A stretch of DNA of 64,000 bases from an uncultured Candidatus Saccharibacteria bacterium (GTDB lineage: Bacteria; Patescibacteriota; Doudnabacteria; UBA920). The notes below the pieces were generated by a model, which ran no database searches, had not been told where the DNA came from, and saw only the letters and a program-made list of their open reading frames with translations. The number at the start of each line of letters is the position of its first letter. Within the stretch, counting starts at the first letter, position 1. Positions 63,054-64,000 of this stretch are shown here, piece after piece. The stretch spans positions 4,325 through 68,324 of the forward strand of contig CAZEKH010000005.1 in the NCBI GenBank assembly GCA_964512925.1, given 5' to 3'. A program made the translations under genes and the position numbers.

Positions 63054-64000
63054 ATGGCAGACAAGTTTGATAGAAGCAAAGTGCACGTCAACGTCGGAAC
63101 CATCGGTCACGTTGACCACGGAAAAACCACTTTGACAGCCGCGATCACTTCCGTGCTCGCAAGAAAGTATTCCGACATTAAGACCAAAGCTTACGACCAG
63201 ATCGACAACGCTCCGGAAGAAAAAGCCCGCGGTATTACCATCAACACCGCTCACGTCGAGTACCACTCTGAAAAGAGACACTATGCCCACGTGGACTGTC
63301 CTGGTCACGCTGACTATATCAAGAACATGATCACCGGCGCCGCCCAGATGGACGGAGCTATCTTGGTTGTTTCAGCAACAGACGGACCAATGCCTCAGAC
63401 CCGCGAACACATCTTGCTCGCTCGTCAGGTGGGCGTGCCTTATATCGTGGTGTTTATGAACAAATGCGATATGGTGCAGGACAAAGAGCTTTTGGACTTG
63501 GTTGAGGAAGAAATCCGCGACCTTTTGACCAAATACGAATTCCCAGGCAAAGACACCCCGATCATCAGGGGATCTGCTTTGAAAGCTTTGGAAGGCGACA
63601 CTTCTGAAATGGGCGAAGGCGCTATTATGAAGCTGGTTGAAGCTTTGGATACTTTCATCCCGGATCCGGTTCGCGACACTGAAAAGCCATATTTGATGCC
63701 TATTGAAGACATCTTCTCCATAGAAGGACGCGGCACAGTGGTAACAGGAAGAATAGAACGCGGTACAGTCAATGTCGGCGATGAAATCGAAATCGTCGGT
63801 ATAAGGCCAACTTCCAAAACCGTAGTTACCGGTATTGAAATGTTTAACAAACAGTTAGACTCTGGTATGGCGGGGGACAACGCAGGAGTACTGCTTCGCG
63901 GCACTAAAAAAGAAGAAGTTGAGCGCGGCCAGGTTTTGGCCAAGCCAGGTTCTATCACCCCGCATACTGATTTTGAAGCTGAAATCTATGTTTTGACCAA
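63054..64000 (+). CDS. tuf: elongation factor Tu (3'-partial, runs off window end)
   Basis: '[32 protein letters not shown]', 'DCPGHADY', 'NKCD' G-motifs; no stop in frame before nt 64000. Confidence 0.92.
   Translation, partial: MADKFDRSKVHVNVGTIGHVDHGKTTLTAAITSVLARKYSDIKTKAYDQIDNAPEEKARGITINTAHVEYHSEKRHYAHVDCPGHADYIKNMITGAAQMDGAILVVSATDGPMPQTREHILLARQVGVPYIVVFMNKCDMVQDKELLDLVEEEIRDLLTKYEFPGKDTPIIRGSALKALEGDTSEMGEGAIMKLVEALDTFIPDPVRDTEKPYLMPIEDIFSIEGRGTVVTGRIERGTVNVGDEIEIVGIRPTSKTVVTGIEMFNKQLDSGMAGDNAGVLLRGTKKEEVERGQVLAKPGSITPHTDFEAEIYVLT

Noticed and set aside
63036-63958. Minus-strand ORFs 63036..63308 and 63440..63958
   Set aside because: They are antisense to the highly conserved tuf reading frame and are compositional artefacts.

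Overview
The window is 64 kb of a low-GC (~38%) bacterial chromosome. It is gene-dense and made almost entirely of housekeeping genes. These include a type IV pilus assembly cluster (pilC-pilM-pilN-pilO), four tRNAs (Arg-TCG, Lys-CTT, Leu-CAA, Pro-GGG), holA, typA/bipA, a P-type ATPase, zwf, msrA, rpsO, pnp, tgt, glyQS, metG, tatD, leuS, glyA, uppP, parB, maf, an FtsX/ABC pair, rpmB, and the str operon (rpsL-rpsG-fusA-tuf, with tuf 3'-partial). The gene content (T4P, many aaRS, few biosynthetic genes), the short genes and the frequent TGnTATAAT promoters abutting start codons suggest a reduced-genome, Patescibacteria/CPR-like organism; this is inference only.

The most striking signal is a large family of short, nested GC-rich palindromic elements. 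They have a CCTCTCC / CCCTCCCC-type inner hairpin flanked by an outer inverted repeat and are 40-110 bp long. They occur in intergenic DNA, and also as apparent in-frame insertions inside conserved housekeeping genes: tgt (2), the M24 peptidase, nfo (3), metG (2), tatD and leuS.

Several other repeat families are present:
- TCCCG/CGGGA hairpins.
- A tandem 24-mer.
- ~100-bp inverted-repeat elements in 5' leaders.
- Post-stop-codon repeats.

Other notable features:
- A ~140-bp direct-repeat pair flanks a single foreign-looking ORF.
- A tRNA-Pro locus is surrounded by decayed partial tRNA copies.
- An adjacent ORF-poor ~2-kb region contains a strongly promoted and terminated sRNA candidate and small Cys-rich ORFs.

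Coordinates of hand-mapped non-ORF features are approximate (±2 nt). A few printed lines appear to be one base short relative to the ORF track.
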